DNA of 64,000 bases from the human T2T-CHM13v2.0 reference genome, Homo sapiens. Positions 25,190-38,528 of the stretch are shown piece by piece. The DNA is taken from NCBI RefSeq assembly GCF_009914755.1, contig NC_060929.1; one strand, written 5' to 3'. The notes beneath the pieces are model-generated. The model saw only the letters and a program-made list of their open reading frames with translations, searched no databases and had not been told where the DNA came from. Numbering within the stretch: position 1 is the stretch's first letter; each line of letters starts with the position of its first letter. The translations under genes and the position numbers were made by a program.

Positions 25190-25350
25190 CGTAGCAAATA
25201 AAAATACAGATGTCCAGTTAAATTTCTAGTGCACATAAACAGATATTTTTGTTAATATAATTATCCCCATGCAATATTTGAGACAAAGTTCTAATAAAAT
25301 CATTCATTTATCTAAACTTCAAATTTAACTGAGTGTTCTATATTTGTTTG
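25190..25350 (+). mobile_element. MER53 palindromic hAT MITE
   Basis: 'tagcaaataaaaatacagatgtccagttaaattt ... aaatttaactgagtgttctatattt' inverted arms matching recalled MER53. Confidence 0.75.
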
Positions 25351-26706
25351 GGGTTTATTAAAATTTAAATTTTTATATAAATATCTTGAAAATTTCCATG
25401 TTCTATCTTTTTATTTCTTGTTGTAGAATGTATTCTTCTATGCAAATTCAAATGTAATAATATTCAAATCTATATATGTGTATGTATGTTATATATTATA
25501 TATATAAAGAGGTGCAGTGGATTGAGGAATTAAATATATATATAATATATATATGGAGTGTGTGTGTATATATAGATATACAGATCTATGAAATTTGTCA
25601 TTCTATCTGGAATTGAGGAAAGCAGCAATACCACATTACCCAAGACATGCACTGAGAAGTTAGATAATGGTCTCCTATACTGCAGTTGACAACCAGACTT
25701 GACTTATATTTATACGTAGAGATCAACTGTATCAGATGTTCCAGATTGCTTTTACTCTCCATTCATATTTGAGTTAATTAAAAAGCTATGCTAAATCGAA
25801 TAACTCAGAATAATTTCCAGTCTAGAAAGATGTTCAAATATACATTGATTTTCAAGCAAATATCTGAAATACCATGAACTTTTATAGTTTTATAAATAAA
25901 ATATATATATGGTTTTATAGTTTTATAAATAAAACTATAAAAGTATGGCTTTATCCAGATGATCCCAGATGACATTCTATACAAGATTTTAGAGTCTTCC
26001 AAGTGCTAAGCATTTTGGCTTATCTAAGTAAAATGTGTGCTACTTTTATTTTTACAGAAAAACTCAAGGCTTAAATTATCAAACCAAAATTCTAAATGAC
26101 ATAGAAATAAAATTTACGATGTGATCACTGATACATTCATATACTTTGTAGTTTTGCACCAAAGTTTTGAAAACAATAATAATTAAAAATAAAATAAAAT
26201 ATTGAGTGATTCACAGCCTTTTACAATGTATTACTGAGTTAATATTAAAGAAAAATAGGAAGTTGATTAATTAGTATTCTTTACTGAACTACATGGTAAC
26301 TTGTTCTTAGATCCCTACTTCCTCACTCACATTCCTTTGGATGAATGGACTGTTGCCCCAATCATCTAGATACAGAAAACACTAAAATGAATTTTTCCAT
26401 ATGAGGATATTATAATGATTTTACTGTCAAAAGTAGCAGATAACTCGCTGTCCTGCATGAGGTTATAACTTCAACTAGTCTGTTCCAAACTTCTTCTCAT
26501 ACTTTTTTAGTAGACAAATTTTCAACTTTGTTTGGTATATAGTTAACAGATTTACACAGAAAACAAAGTCAATTCATATGTTCAGTTGTGTACGTAAATA
26601 TAGGAAATAGCATATTCTGAAGCTAAACATTACATCAGCACTTTCCTGAGGCATTACTATGGCTGAAATTAACATTAGTTATGCACAATAAAAAACCTAG
26701 GATCTC

Positions 26707-27118
26707 CAAAGACTTGGAACCAACCCAAATGTCCATCAGTGATAGACTGGATTAAGAAAATGTGGCACATATATACCATGGAATACTAGGCAGCCATAAA
26801 AAGGATGAGTTCATGTCCTTTGTAGGGACATGGATGAAGCTGGAAACCATCATTCGCAGCAAACTATCACAAGGACAAAAAACCAAACACCACATGTTCT
26901 CACTCATAGATGGGAATTGAACAATGAGAACACTTGGACACAGGAAGGGGAACATCACACACTGGGGCCTGTTGTGGGGTGGGGGGAGGGGGGAGGGATA
27001 GCATTAGGAGATATACCTAATGTAAATGATGAGTTAATGGATGCAGCACACCAACATGGCACATGTATACATATGTAACAAACCTGCACCTTGTGCACAT
27101 GTACCCTAGAACTTAAAG

Positions 27119-27165
<47 letters not shown>

Positions 27166-27268
27166 TATATATACATATATATATATGTATATATATATAC
27201 ATATATATATGTGTATATATATATACATATATATATATGTATATATATATATATACATATATATATAT
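26707..27268 (+). mobile_element. 5'-truncated L1PA5-like 3' end, tail converted to (TA)n/(CA)n
   Basis: 'cacttggacacaggaaggggaacatcacac...tgtaaatgatgagttaatg...accctagaacttaaagta'; TSD acctaggatctcc (26695-26707) / acctaagatctcc (27269-27281). Confidence 0.9.
27122..27268. repeat. (TA)n/(CA)n compound microsatellite
   Basis: Direct observation. Confidence 0.95.
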
Positions 27269-27284
27269 ACCTAAGATCTCCTCA

Positions 27285-28551
27285 AAATTAACTCAGAATA
27301 AATCACAGGCCTAAATATAAAATGCAGAACTATAAAACTCTTGGAAGACAACAGGAGAAAATCCTGGTGACCTTGAGTTTGGTGATAATAATTTAGACAT
27401 ACACCAAAGCCACTATCCAAGAAAGAAAAAACTGATTAAGTTGGACTTTATTAAAATAAAAAAAATACTGCTGTACAAAATATATCTTCAAGAGAATAAA
27501 AAGATAAGCCACAGACTTGGGGAAAATATTTTTAAAACATATCTTATAAAGGTCATTTATATAAAATATGCAAAAAACCCTGAAAGCTAAATAATAAGAA
27601 AACAAACCATGGGCCAAAGACTTTAACAGGCACCTCACCAAAAAAGATATACACATGAAAAATAAGAATATCAAAATTGCCCATTATGTGTCATCAGAGA
27701 AATAAAAATTAAAACCAAGAGATATGACTACTCATCTTTGGGAATGGCCAAAATTAAAAACACTGACACCACCAAAAGCTGGCAAAGATATACAGAAACT
27801 CTCTCATTCATTGCTGGTTAGGGTTGAAAATTGTATGGTCACTTGGGAGGACAGTTTGGCAGTTTCTCACAAAACTAACAACAGTATTATCAAGTAATCT
27901 TGCAATGGTATTCATTGCTATTTACCCAAGGTTGTTGAAAACTAATGTCAACACAAAAAACTGCACACGGGCAACTTTATTCATAATCTCCAAAACTCTC
28001 AGAAATACCCAAGATGTCCTTCAGTTGGGGAACTGATAAATGAACTCTACATCTGAGCAATAGGATATTGTTCAGTACTAGAAAGAAATGAGCTATCAAG
28101 CCATGAAAAGACATGTAAGATATTTAAATTTGCATTACCAAGTGAAAGAGGCCAGTCTGAAAGGGCATACGCACTGTGTTATTCCAACCATAGGGCACCT
28201 TGGAAAAGGCAAAACTGTGGAGACAGGAAAAAAAACAGTGTTTTCCAGTAGCTAGAAAAGAGGGATAAATGAATAGATGGAACGCAGAAAATTTTTAGGG
28301 CAGCGAAACTACTATGTATGAAACTATAATGGCAGATTCATTTGTACAAATCTATAGGAAAGAGTGAGCCCTAATGCAAACTTTGGATTTTGGGTGATAA
28401 TAATATGTTAATGTAGGTTCATCAATTGTAACAAATGTATCCCTCTGATGGGGATGTTGATGATAGGGGAGGCTATGTATGTGTGGAGGCAGAAATCATT
28501 TTACCTTCTGCTCAATATTGCTATGAACCTAAACTACTCTAAAAAACAAAA
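27285..28551 (+). mobile_element. L1MC1-like 3' fragment
   Basis: ORF2 C-terminal remnants and 3'UTR 'gtaggttcatcaattgtaacaaatgta...gctatgaacctaaactactctaaaaa'. Confidence 0.8.
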
Positions 28552-28667
28552 ATGAAGGCTGTTAGAAAAAAATCTTCCAGGCTAGAACTTATGTGTCTTC
28601 TTTCCAAAGAGCAGAACTCTGGGGCCTTTAATGAGAGGTCAATATCTCTAGAACAACCTCGATTTTA

Positions 28668-28790
28668 TCCCTTCCTTCCTTCCTTCCATTCCTTCCCTTC
28701 TTCCTTCCTTCCTTCCTTCCTTCCTCCCTCCCTCCCTCCCTCCCTTCCTTCCTTCCTTTGTTCCTTCTTTCCTTCCTTCCTTCCCTTTTT
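28668..28790. repeat. (CCTT)n/(CCCT)n polypyrimidine repeat
   Basis: Direct observation. Confidence 0.95.
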
Positions 28791-31145
28791 CCTTGAGGAA
28801 AAAGTTATGTCTCATAATTGGTGCTGTCTTTCTGGCCACCTCAATTGGTATGTGGGTATGATATTCTATCCAAGCATTTTTCTTTCCGGGGCTTCATTTT
28901 TATTATTGTTTTGGGATGTCAGCCCTAATCAGATCTCACTTAAATGGCATCAGAGATTATCCGCACTCCAAATAGTTGCCAGGCAATAAAACTTTGAATA
29001 TACTCTTCATCTGTTCTTATCAGAAAGAAAGAAAAGATTGGTAATATCTCAGGATATTACCTAAATATCCTGTGGCCCATTCATTCTTCTAGGTTCTCAA
29101 TAAGTTATTAGGTTAATCTAGATCATCATATGTACCTGTCCTCTCATATATTATTTTGGGTGCTCTTGCTGAGCCACCCTTTAGTATTTTTTCAGCATTC
29201 TATAGTGAGGATTTTTTAAAACAAAATTGGATTATAGCCTTAAAATAATAAACAATTTATTATATTTGTCAACTTTTGGGTATTCCTATTGGATACAATT
29301 AGATGATAAATATTTGTACGAGAATAATAAAATTCTTTTCACATTTATGAAAAATAGAAAACATAACCATGCTTTGCCTAACCTCACTGTAAAATGAAAA
29401 TAAAGCTACCTCCGTGGCATGTATTTGCATTCTTCTTTGAAATCTCCTATAAACAACATGATAATGTATTAAAATGAAGTGATATAATATGCCAAATTGT
29501 TATCATAGAAAAAATTAAGTCTGTTTCCAATTAAACACAAGTACCCCGAGAATCCTCTTCTAAGGATCTATGTCTGTCTTAATAATGAAATACAGATGTT
29601 AACTCTTCTATAGAAGACAAGATTGAAAATTAAATCACTACTTCTAATGCAGTTTTCTTCTTTCCTGATTATATTTTAAAATCTATATAGTTACTAAAAT
29701 CTTCTTTACAATTTGCATCATTCAAATTGTCTCTTTTTTCTTTTGTATTCTACCTTTGAATATCTAAGTGAATCAAGAGCCATGGCCAAAATGCCAAGAG
29801 AACTATTACTTACAGAAAAAACAAGAGTAATAACTGTGGAGAGCTGTTGAGAAAATTAGCTAAAGCATACAAATAGTTTTAAAATATCTTGTTGCTTTGT
29901 CTTTAATGCTAAATTTTAATGCATTTTATTTGGCTAAATGAATGTTTCAGCAAAGCATAAAATCTCAATAACTGTAAGGAAAAAATAGCTGATATTGCTA
30001 ATTTATATTTTAGTTATTTAATTTATACAACAGGATAATTTAACTTTTCTGACAGTGCTATCTATATCTGGATTAGAGATAATAACTACTAGCCCTTAGT
30101 TAAACACATTTTGCATCTCTCTGCTTCTTTTATCTTTCTCTTCACATCCTAGGCTTTTACTGTCTCGCTTTTCTTTCTTTCTTCTTTACACTCACCTAAA
30201 ACCTACTGTCTAAATTCCAATTTATAAACATCCCTGGGTTTGTCTTAACACTAAAAAAAGAATTGATTTTTTTCTTAAATTTTTCACAAATTACAATTAT
30301 TTTTTAAATTAACATGTTTATCTGAAATTACCTGTAGATTCATATCACCTTTGTGAATTTTTCCATAATGCATAACTTTAAAAAACATTTTTGCTTTATA
30401 AATATTTTTCATTAAATAGAAAACTATTTTTAAATACTTGAGCTCTGTTTCACAGTCATTGCATATTTTAATATTGTTCCACCTGCCTGCTGAATGACTC
30501 CAAACTCACTTCTTCTGCAGCACATTTGCTTCTCTTCTGTAATTTTCTTGCTTTAACTTTGCTATCAGCTTGCACGGAGGAGAAGTCTAATCTCAATATG
30601 CATTTTAATTAAATTTAATGCAAAAAATCAAAATATCTGCAAACACATAAAATTCTAAATTTGGAAAACGGACATTTGGATTCATTCATGGAAGGTCCTA
30701 TGTGATTGGTAATATTAAAAATGTGAAAGGAAGGAATCTGTTACCCTAGCAGGTCCTGGGATCTAATGGGTAGTCATACCTCTTCAGGAAGTTGAAACAA
30801 ATAAAGGTAAATCACAGCAAATATAGAGACCATTTGACCATTGTCCATATATTGGGCTACAGAGCAGGAACATGACGTAACAGGAATTAGAGGTGCATAA
30901 CCAACTACTTGACATTTAGCAATCATTCATCCGGTGTCTTTTTTGAAAATAAAAAAGATTGCAAATTGCAAAATGGCACAGTCTAACATGATAATTTTTT
31001 CAGAGTAAGAAATGATGTTCCATTAAAATATGCTTATTAAAGTACTTGTGTGAAAATTCTTGAATCTCTACTCACATTAGCTCACATATGCCATTTAAAA
31101 AATCTAGTAAACATCCAAGAAAATTTAAACAAAAATAAAGGAATA

Positions 31146-34100
31146 GAGGAGAAGGAGGTGGGGCAAGGTTGCCAAATAGAAGCCTCTACCGATCATCCTG
31201 TCCACAGGATCACCAAATTTTAAAACTATCTATACAATAAAACACCTTCATAAGAACCAAAAATCAGGTGAGTGATCATAGTACTTGGTTTTAACTTCAT
31301 ATCAGTGAAAGAGGTACAGAAGAGGGTTAGAAAGACAGTCTTGAATTGCTAACCCCACTCCTTACCCAAACCCCTGCAGCAGCTACATGGCAGGAGAGAG
31401 AATCTGTGTCCTTGGGGGAGGGAGGGAGCAGTGACGGTGGGACTTTTCATTGGAACTCAGTGCTGCCAATATTGGACAGAACTCAGTTCATGCTCACAGA
31501 GGAAGCATTTATATGAGCCCTAGCCAGAAGGCAATTACCTATCCCAGTAGTTTCAACATAAGTTTTGGCAAGCCTTGCCACTGTGAGCTAAAGTGCTCTG
31601 GGGAACAAAATAAACTTGAAAGGCAATCTAGGTTACAATGACTGTAACTCTTAGTCAAGTCATGGTGCTGTGTTTAGCTCAGAGCCAGTGAACTTGGGGG
31701 GCTTAGGAGCTAGTGAGACCAGCTGGGTCCACAAAGAGGGTGTTTGTGCTCCTATCCGTGAACCCCAAGCAGTGCAGCTAACAACTCCAGCAGAGATTCT
31801 TTTCTTCCACTTGAGGAGAGGAGAGGGAAGAGTAAGGAGGATTTGTCTTGTGACTTGAATAACACCTTAGCCGTAGTAGGACAGGGCACCAGGCAGAGTC
31901 ATCAGCCGCCCATTCCAGGCCCTATCACCCAGACAACATTTCTAGACACATCCTCAGCCAGAAAGGAAACCACTGCCTTGAAGGGAAGGATGCAGCCCTG
32001 GCAGAACTTAACACCTGATGAATAAAGAGCCAATGGGCCCTGAATAGTCAGCAGCAATAACCAGGTGTACATGCCATGAGCTTTGAGTGATATTCTGGGA
32101 CACACTGACTCAGGTGTGACCTAGCGCACTCAAAGCTATGGTACTTACGAGGAGTGACTCCTTCTGCTTGAGAAAAGTAGAGAGAAGAGTAAAGGAGACT
32201 TCGACTTGCAGCTTCAGCCACTTCAGCCACAGACAGAGTATCAAGCTGTTCTTGAGACCAGGTTGTGGCTCTCAATTCCAGGTGTGGCTCTTGGATGGCA
32301 TTTCTGGACCTACCCTGGGCTAGAGGGAAACCCACTGCCCAGAAGAGTGAGTCCCAGGCTGGCCTGGCAGCATTAACCACAAGCTGATTAAAGAACCCTT
32401 GGGACATAAGTGAACACTGGTGATAGCCTGGCAGTACTCCCCATGGGCTTGTGGTAGTTGTAGACATGAGGAATGTCTCCTCTGTCTAGGGAAAGGGAAG
32501 GGAAGAATGGGAAGGATGTTGTCTTGTGGTTTGAGTGTGAATTCAACTACATCATTAGGTAGATTCCTAAAGTTTCCAACTCCAGACCCTGACTCCCAGA
32601 TGATATCTCTGGATGGCCAGGGGCCCAGAGAAACTCACTGCCCTGAAGGGAAGGACACCAGCCTGGCTAGTTTTATCACTTGCTCATTGTAAAGCCCTAG
32701 GACCTTGAGTGATCATAGCCAGTAGCCAGGTTGTTGTGACTGTGGGCCTGAGTTGAGGCCCAGTGCTGTGCTGGCTTCAGTTCTGACCCAGCACAGTCAA
32801 AGCAGCAGGATGCTTGTGTCAGTTCTCCACCAGCTCCAGACAGCTCAGCACAGAGAGGCAGACTCTGTTTGTTTGGGGGAAATTAAGGGAAGAGAACAAG
32901 GATCTCTACCTGTTTATCCAGCACATCCTTCTGGGTCTTATCCAAGACCACTAAGGAAAACTCTGCAAGAACCACAGTGTTACTGGGCTTGTGGTGGTCC
33001 CTAAGGCAGAAATGGATGCAGTGACCAAAAATTTACAATACTCAAGTCCCTTTGAATGTCTGAAAAGCCTTCTCAGGAAGGACAGGTACAAAGAAGTTCA
33101 GACCGCAAAGACTGAAAAATACTGAACTCTTCAATGTTCACAAACTGATAAACATCCACATTCATTGAGACAATCAAGGAAAGCATGACTTCACCAAATG
33201 AAATAAATAAAGCACCAAGGACCAATCACAGAAGGACAGAGATATGTGATCTTTCAGACAGAATCCAAAATAGCTGTTTTGAATAAACTCTACAAAATTC
33301 AATGTAACACAGATAAGAAATTCAGTATCCTATCAGATAAATTTAACAAAGAGATTGAAATAATTATATAGAATCAAGCAGAAAATCTGGAGTTGGAAAA
33401 TGCAATTGACATACTGAAGAATGTGTCAGAGTCTTAACAGCAGAACTTATTAAGCAGCAGAAAAAATTATTGAACTTGAAGCCAAGCTATTTGAAAATAC
33501 AGTCAAAAGAGACAAAAGAAAAAAGAATAAAAAACAATGAAGCACAACCTCAGTATATAGAAAATAGCTTCAAAAGAGCAAATCTAAGAGTCATTGGCTT
33601 TAAAGAGGAAGTAGAGAGAGAGAGATAGGGGTAGAAATTTTATTCACAAGAATAACAAGATAGAACTTCCTAAACCTAGAGAAAGATATTAATATCCAAG
33701 TACAAGAAAGTTATAGAACATCAAGGAGATTTAAGCCAAAGAAGGCTACCTAAGATCATTTAATAATTCATCTCCCCGACATCAAGAATAAGAAAGGATC
33801 CTAAAAGGAGCAAGAGAAAAGAAACAAATACAATTTATCTCCAATACACCTGGCAGCAGATTGTTTCAGTGGAAACCTAACAGGCCAAGGGAGAGTGTTA
33901 TGACATATTTAAAGTTCTGAAGGAAAAAAAGGCATTTACCCTAAAATAGTATATCTGGTGAAAATATCCTTCAATCATGGAGGAGAAATATAGCCTTTCC
34001 CAGACAAACAAAAGCTGAGGGATTTCATTAACACCAGACCGGTCATACAAGAATGCTACAGTGAACTCTTTGATCTAAAAGAAAAGGATGTTAATGAGCA

Positions 34101-35395
34101 AGAAGAAATTATCTTAAGGTACAAAACTATTTTGTAATAGTAAGTATACATAAAAACACAAGACATTATAACACTGTATTTATTGTTTGCAAACTCTTCA
34201 TAATTTAAGTAGTAAGATAAAAAGATGACCCAATCAAAAATAATAACTATGACAACTCTTCAAGACATTGACAATTACAGTAAGACATAAATAGAAACAA
34301 CAAAGTTAAAAAGTGAAATGACAAAGTTAAAGTGCAGAGTTTTAATTAGTTTTCTTTGTACTTGTTTGTTTATGCAATCATTAAGTTGCTGTCCATTTAA
34401 AATAAGGGGCTATAAGAAATTATTGGCAAGGCTTACAATAACCTCAAATCTAAAAACACAAAGATATACAAAAAAGTAAGAAATTAAAACATACCACATG
34501 AGAAAATCCCATTCCCTAAAACAAAGACAAGAAAGAAGGGAGGTAAAGAGGGAAGAGAAAGAGGTAAGGGGGAAATGGGGGAAGGGATGGAGAGAGGAAA
34601 GACCACAGAACAGCCAGAAAACAAATCACAAAATGGTGGCAGTAAGTCTTAACTTATCAATAATAACATTGTATGTAATTGGGCTAAAGTCTCCAGTCAA
34701 CAGACATAGAGAGCCTGAATGGATGAAAAACACAAGACCCAATGATCTGTTACTTGCAAGAAACACACTTCACCTACAATGATACACATTGACTTAAAAT
34801 AAAGGGATGGAAAAAGATATTCTATGCAACCAGAAACCAAAAAAGAGCAGGAGTAACTGCACTTCATATTAGTCAAAATAGATATCAAGACAAAAGCTAT
34901 AAAAAGAGACAAAGAAGGTCATTATGTAATTATAAGGGGGTCAACAGGGCAGGAGGATATAACAATTTTAAATATATGTGCACCCAACATTGGATCACCC
35001 AGTTATATATAAATCAAATATTATTAGAGCTAAAGGGAGAGATAGATTCCAATACAATAATAGCTGGAGACTTCAACACCCCACTTTCAGCATTGGATAG
35101 ATTATCCAGACAGAAAATCAACAAATATCAGACTTAATCTGCACTGTACACCAATTGGACCTAAACAGATATTAAGAGAACATTTCATCCAATGGCTGTG
35201 AATAGACATTCATCTCTTCAAGAAATTGATCATTCTCAAAAATAGACCATATGTTAGGCCACAAAACAAGCCTTGAAATATTTAAACATTTGAAATAATA
35301 TAAGGTACCTTCTCCGAACACAATGGAATAAAACTATGAATCAATGATGAGAGAAATTTTTGGAAACTATACGAACACATAGAAATAAAAAAGGA
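31146..35395 (+). mobile_element. 5' portion of an older L1 (L1M1/L1MA type): ~2 kb 5'UTR, ORF1 remnant (~33185-34080), long inter-ORF, ORF2 EN remnant from 34633; 3' truncated
   Basis: 5' end 'ggggcaaggttgccaaatagaagcctctaccgatcatcc'; ORF1-like 'ttcccagacaaacaaaagctgagggatttcatta'; EN 'gacaaagaaggtcattat', 'gctggagacttcaacaccccactttc'. Confidence 0.88.
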
Positions 35396-35469
35396 ACATG
35401 AAAAGCAAACAATATTTGTTATTTTTTCCACTTTTTGAGTCACATTCAGCACAAGCCTCATTGAAGTTC

Positions 35470-35560
35470 ACACACACATATATATGTGTCATATATATGT
35501 GTCTGTCATATATGTGTCATATATATGTGTCACACATATATGTGTCATATATATGTGTCA
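35470..35560. repeat. (ATATATGTGTC)n-type minisatellite
   Basis: Repeated 'atatatgtgtca' units. Confidence 0.85.
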
Positions 35561-37089
35561 TTAGGAGTTATAAGGATTATTTAGGAAATAGCCTCTATAT
35601 CGTAATCTGATGCTCTGTAGAATTTAATGAACACCATTATCTTACTGAGGACCTAGTCTACAGGCAGCTATTGTCATTTTATTACTTACCATTGCACAGA
35701 ATTTTCATTTGGACTTATACTAACTCTTCCTGGAATCTTCAGAAAACAGTTGTTCTTGAAACCACTCTTGCGTGATACTTGCACATACTAATGGTATAAT
35801 TTTTTAACATATTCAGATAAAAACCAAGGGATAGAGTGACAAAGGGTAATTTTAACAGAAGTTAAAGCTGCAGTTTGCTTCTTAATCTATTTTGCTCCCT
35901 AACAGTCTGAAAGGTGCATTTACAGTAAGAGCATAAAAAAGACAGTTGTGTCTTAGCTGGAAATAACAACCCTTTCAGGACTCATTATCAAGAATCTCAT
36001 GTTCTCATGGGAAATTGCCATTGGAATTAGTGCCAATCTTTAATTAGATAAATGACCCAAGTTTTAAATTTAAAAAGCCAAACTAGGCAAATGCAATATT
36101 CATAGCATTAAAATTAAATTATCAATTAAATGACTGACTTTATTTTATAATTAATATTAAAATGATATTTTAATATGAAGAGAGAAAGCTGCTTTCTACT
36201 CATCTTGAAAAGTATAGGAAAATCATGTAACATTATCAATTTCTCTTATATCAATTAGTGAATTATTATAATCTCATTACAACCTTTCATATTATTAGAG
36301 AGATAGCTTACTGTTTGTGAAATGTAAAGAATAATGTATGACATTTGTCTGTTTCTGATCCAGCAAATGGCTATGGAAAGCAAATGAGAAAGAAAGATAG
36401 ATCAAAACTTTATATGTAATATTTCAATATTATTTCAGCCTAAATATTACGTGAATTGAATTATTATATAGATGTTTTAAAGGCTTTAAAATTAACAGTC
36501 ACATAGAGAAAGGGGGAAAATAGAAAGTAGCAGAAGAAAGTTGGGCAAAATTCCAAGAAAGTTGGAATGTTTTTAGATTTAGATAGAAGAAGAAGGTTTT
36601 GCTTCTGTCACATTTTGTAATAATTTTGGGAGTAAAATTATTCTCATGTTTTGACAAAAGAAGTTGAAATTATACATTAAAAGTGTGATATAATACTTTT
36701 TTAATCCTTAAATATGAGAATAACTAAATAAATTTATTGGGTTATTTGTTTATTCAAAACAGAAAACTAAGAATTATTTGCCTAGATGTTCTACCACACA
36801 CTCACACTCACACACACACATACACAACACAAATAAACATACCAACAAACAAACAAAAATTTTCTAAATCTGCCCTTAAAAGATTACAAATTATTTTGAA
36901 AGTAAATATGTAAATGTCCTGAAAGATGAAAATATCATGCCTGTAATTTTTCTAACTCTCGTAAAAAGTACTAAGGATTTGTTTAGGACAAATTATGAAG
37001 TTGAACACTTAGAATTATTATGACTTTTGGAATGAAACATTACACACTGTGTAAAGAAGTACTAAATTATTTATTTAAAATGTGGATTA

Positions 37090-37215
37090 ATGTGGATATT
37101 ACTATTTTGATTGTGATGATGAATTAACAGTTGTATACACGTCAAAACTCATCAAATTGCACACTTTAAATATGTGTAACTAATATCATGTTGATTATAA
37201 CTCAATAAAGCTGTA
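37090..37215 (+). mobile_element. Old L1M 3' terminal fragment
   Basis: 'gtcaaaactcatcaaattgcacactttaaatatgtg...ctcaataaagctg'. Confidence 0.7.
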
Positions 37216-38395
37216 CAAATGTGAAGAAAACCTGAATTGATGGTAGTATATCAGTTTAAAAGAGACAAAATGTGGTTCAGGTATCCTACCTAGGATAATT
37301 ATTGCAATTGTGAATTTGATTGAGGAAGACCACTTACCTAAGCTATTGCCTTGAATATTAAGAAAGATGTCAGATTCCTAATTTATTTTAATAGCAGAAT
37401 CAAATAATCTAATAATGAATTTATTTGGGGTGGTTGAAGAAAAGGAGAATGTCAGGTATGAGTTTTATGTTGCTTGAGTACAATAGTAGATGGAGGTGCC
37501 ATTCACTGACAAGTTAGCATATATAGGAGGGAAGAAGATTTGGAGTGGTGAGGGGGAAATCCAATAAAGAACTTAGGTTTTGTCTTGTTTATGGTGGCTA
37601 GTAGATCTAAAAGAAGAAGGCAATCAAATATGTGAATTTGCAGTCCAAAAGACTAGCCTCAGTTTGGAGTCCAAAAGACTAGCCTCATGAGAAATTCCCT
37701 CTTGGGAATTTGGCAGTGCTTGTCATAGTGATGAAAGAACACAATAAAACAAGAGGAAAAAGGAACAGTATTTTCCCTCAAATAAATGGAAAGGGATTAG
37801 CCAAAGATGTAGGTAAGTAGAAAATTATCAAAGTATATTTTGACAATATAAAATGAACAGTTTACACAGGGCTGAACTGTTAAATATTTATGATGAATGA
37901 AAAGTGATCAACATAGCAACATCATGCTCAGAGATTAAGAAAAGATACCTAAATTATTTTTTAATCTAAAAAACTCAAAGAAAACAAAATAAATATTTTA
38001 TTCTTTAAATTAGATAAAAATACATTTAAATAATTTCTGTTTCATTTTTGTATTGAAAATAATACCTTTATTTGGGACACTATTTTTCAAATGCTCTATC
38101 CTCAAGGCCTCCTTTAGAGTGCCATTATAATAACACTGTAGGACCCTGTCTCCTTTTCATCACTGATGGGTACAGTGGGAGTCCTAATTAGGAATCCTAA
38201 TCCCAACTAAGCCAATTATACTTTCCTACAATTTTTGAAACTATAAGTGTGAAAGTGAAATCAGATGATCTCAAGGAGCCTAAAGTTGAGGACTAGTTAA
38301 CAGTTACCACTCTTGGCAGAACAATTGGTTAATAGGAACAGAGATGATTGAAGTAGGCACAAAAAAAGCATTACATAAGACTCCTTCTCACGTAT

Positions 38396-38528
38396 TTCAT
38401 TATTCATTCATTCATGAATAAAATATTTAGTTCATGCTTGTTATTTAAAAGTCACTGTAATAAAGGACAGGAATTTGGCAGTGAACAAAACCAACAAAGT
38501 CTTTGTACTTATGGAGCTTACATTCTTT
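38396..38528 (-). mobile_element. L2 3' end
   Basis: (TTCA)n tail plus 'cagtgaacaaaaccaacaaagtctttgtacttatggagcttacattct'. Confidence 0.7.

Noticed and set aside
28552-28989. 145-aa ORF with PSFL repeats
   Set aside because: Translation of the (CCTT)n microsatellite
37637-37688. 26-bp tandem duplication (similar ones at ~46693-46738 and ~51778-51811)
   Set aside because: Ordinary two-copy slippage duplications; no spacers, not CRISPR-like
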